Notes under the pieces: generated by a model
The model's database searches: none
The model's input: only the letters and a program-made list of their open reading frames with translations
Told to the model about the DNA's origin: nothing
Assembly: GCA_963772455.1 (NCBI GenBank)
Contig: CAVYXJ010000012.1
Coordinates: forward strand, 1-64,000
Reading direction: 5' to 3'
Length of the DNA stretch: 64,000 bases
Origin: Candidatus Bathyarchaeota archaeon
GTDB lineage: Archaea > Thermoproteota > Bathyarchaeia > Bathyarchaeales > Bathycorpusculaceae
In this document: positions 63,784-64,000 of the stretch, in pieces
How positions within the stretch are numbered: the first letter of the stretch is position 1
Layout: every line of letters starts with the position of its first letter
Program-made: the position numbers and the translations under genes

Positions 63784-64000
63784 ACGGGTCCATCTCAATT
63801 AGCAATGTGAATGAGTGTCGAAGTAAAAATATACTGCGGAACAAGCAACAAGTTTAATGTTTACTAATCCAATAAAAAGAAAAATTAAATCCTTTCCCAG
63901 TTGGAATAGAAAAGCAACAAACAAACCTCTAAATTCAAAGTGAAATAAGTCAATTCCAACTAATTCAAACTATAAAATAACCGCTTTATCAATCTTTCAT

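Noticed and set aside
63894-63915. ORB-like ttcccagttggaatagaaaag at the window end
   Set aside because: Single imperfect copy with no G-string and no cdc6 visible; needs the next window.

Overview
AT-rich archaeal chromosome segment. TBP, TFS, eL38, Pelota, Tsr3, an archaeal RNase P RNA, a Cren7-like protein and methanofuran genes point to a TACK lineage, most plausibly Bathyarchaeia (inference). Contents in order: a C-family (cbb3-type) heme-copper oxidase subunit I next to ccmF; a small accessory patch with a MazF-type TA pair; a wHTH-controlled ABC/HtrA locus; an MTA/adenine/NAD salvage and repair cluster; a gene-poor 17.9-27.6 kb zone carrying six copies of an unexplained 26-bp motif; tRNA-Val and tRNA-Phe with a 2.5-kb att-bounded mini-island; an mfnB-A-D-F-E operon; two tandem C/D-box RNAs; an unannotated ~240-nt structured RNA with its own TATA box and terminator; VapBC; rnpB with a 22/23-nt inverted copy of its 3' end 5 kb away; and housekeeping genes. 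About ten genes, including pelota, carry single frameshifts, most likely assembly indels. All calls are from reading the sequence by eye; no searches were run.
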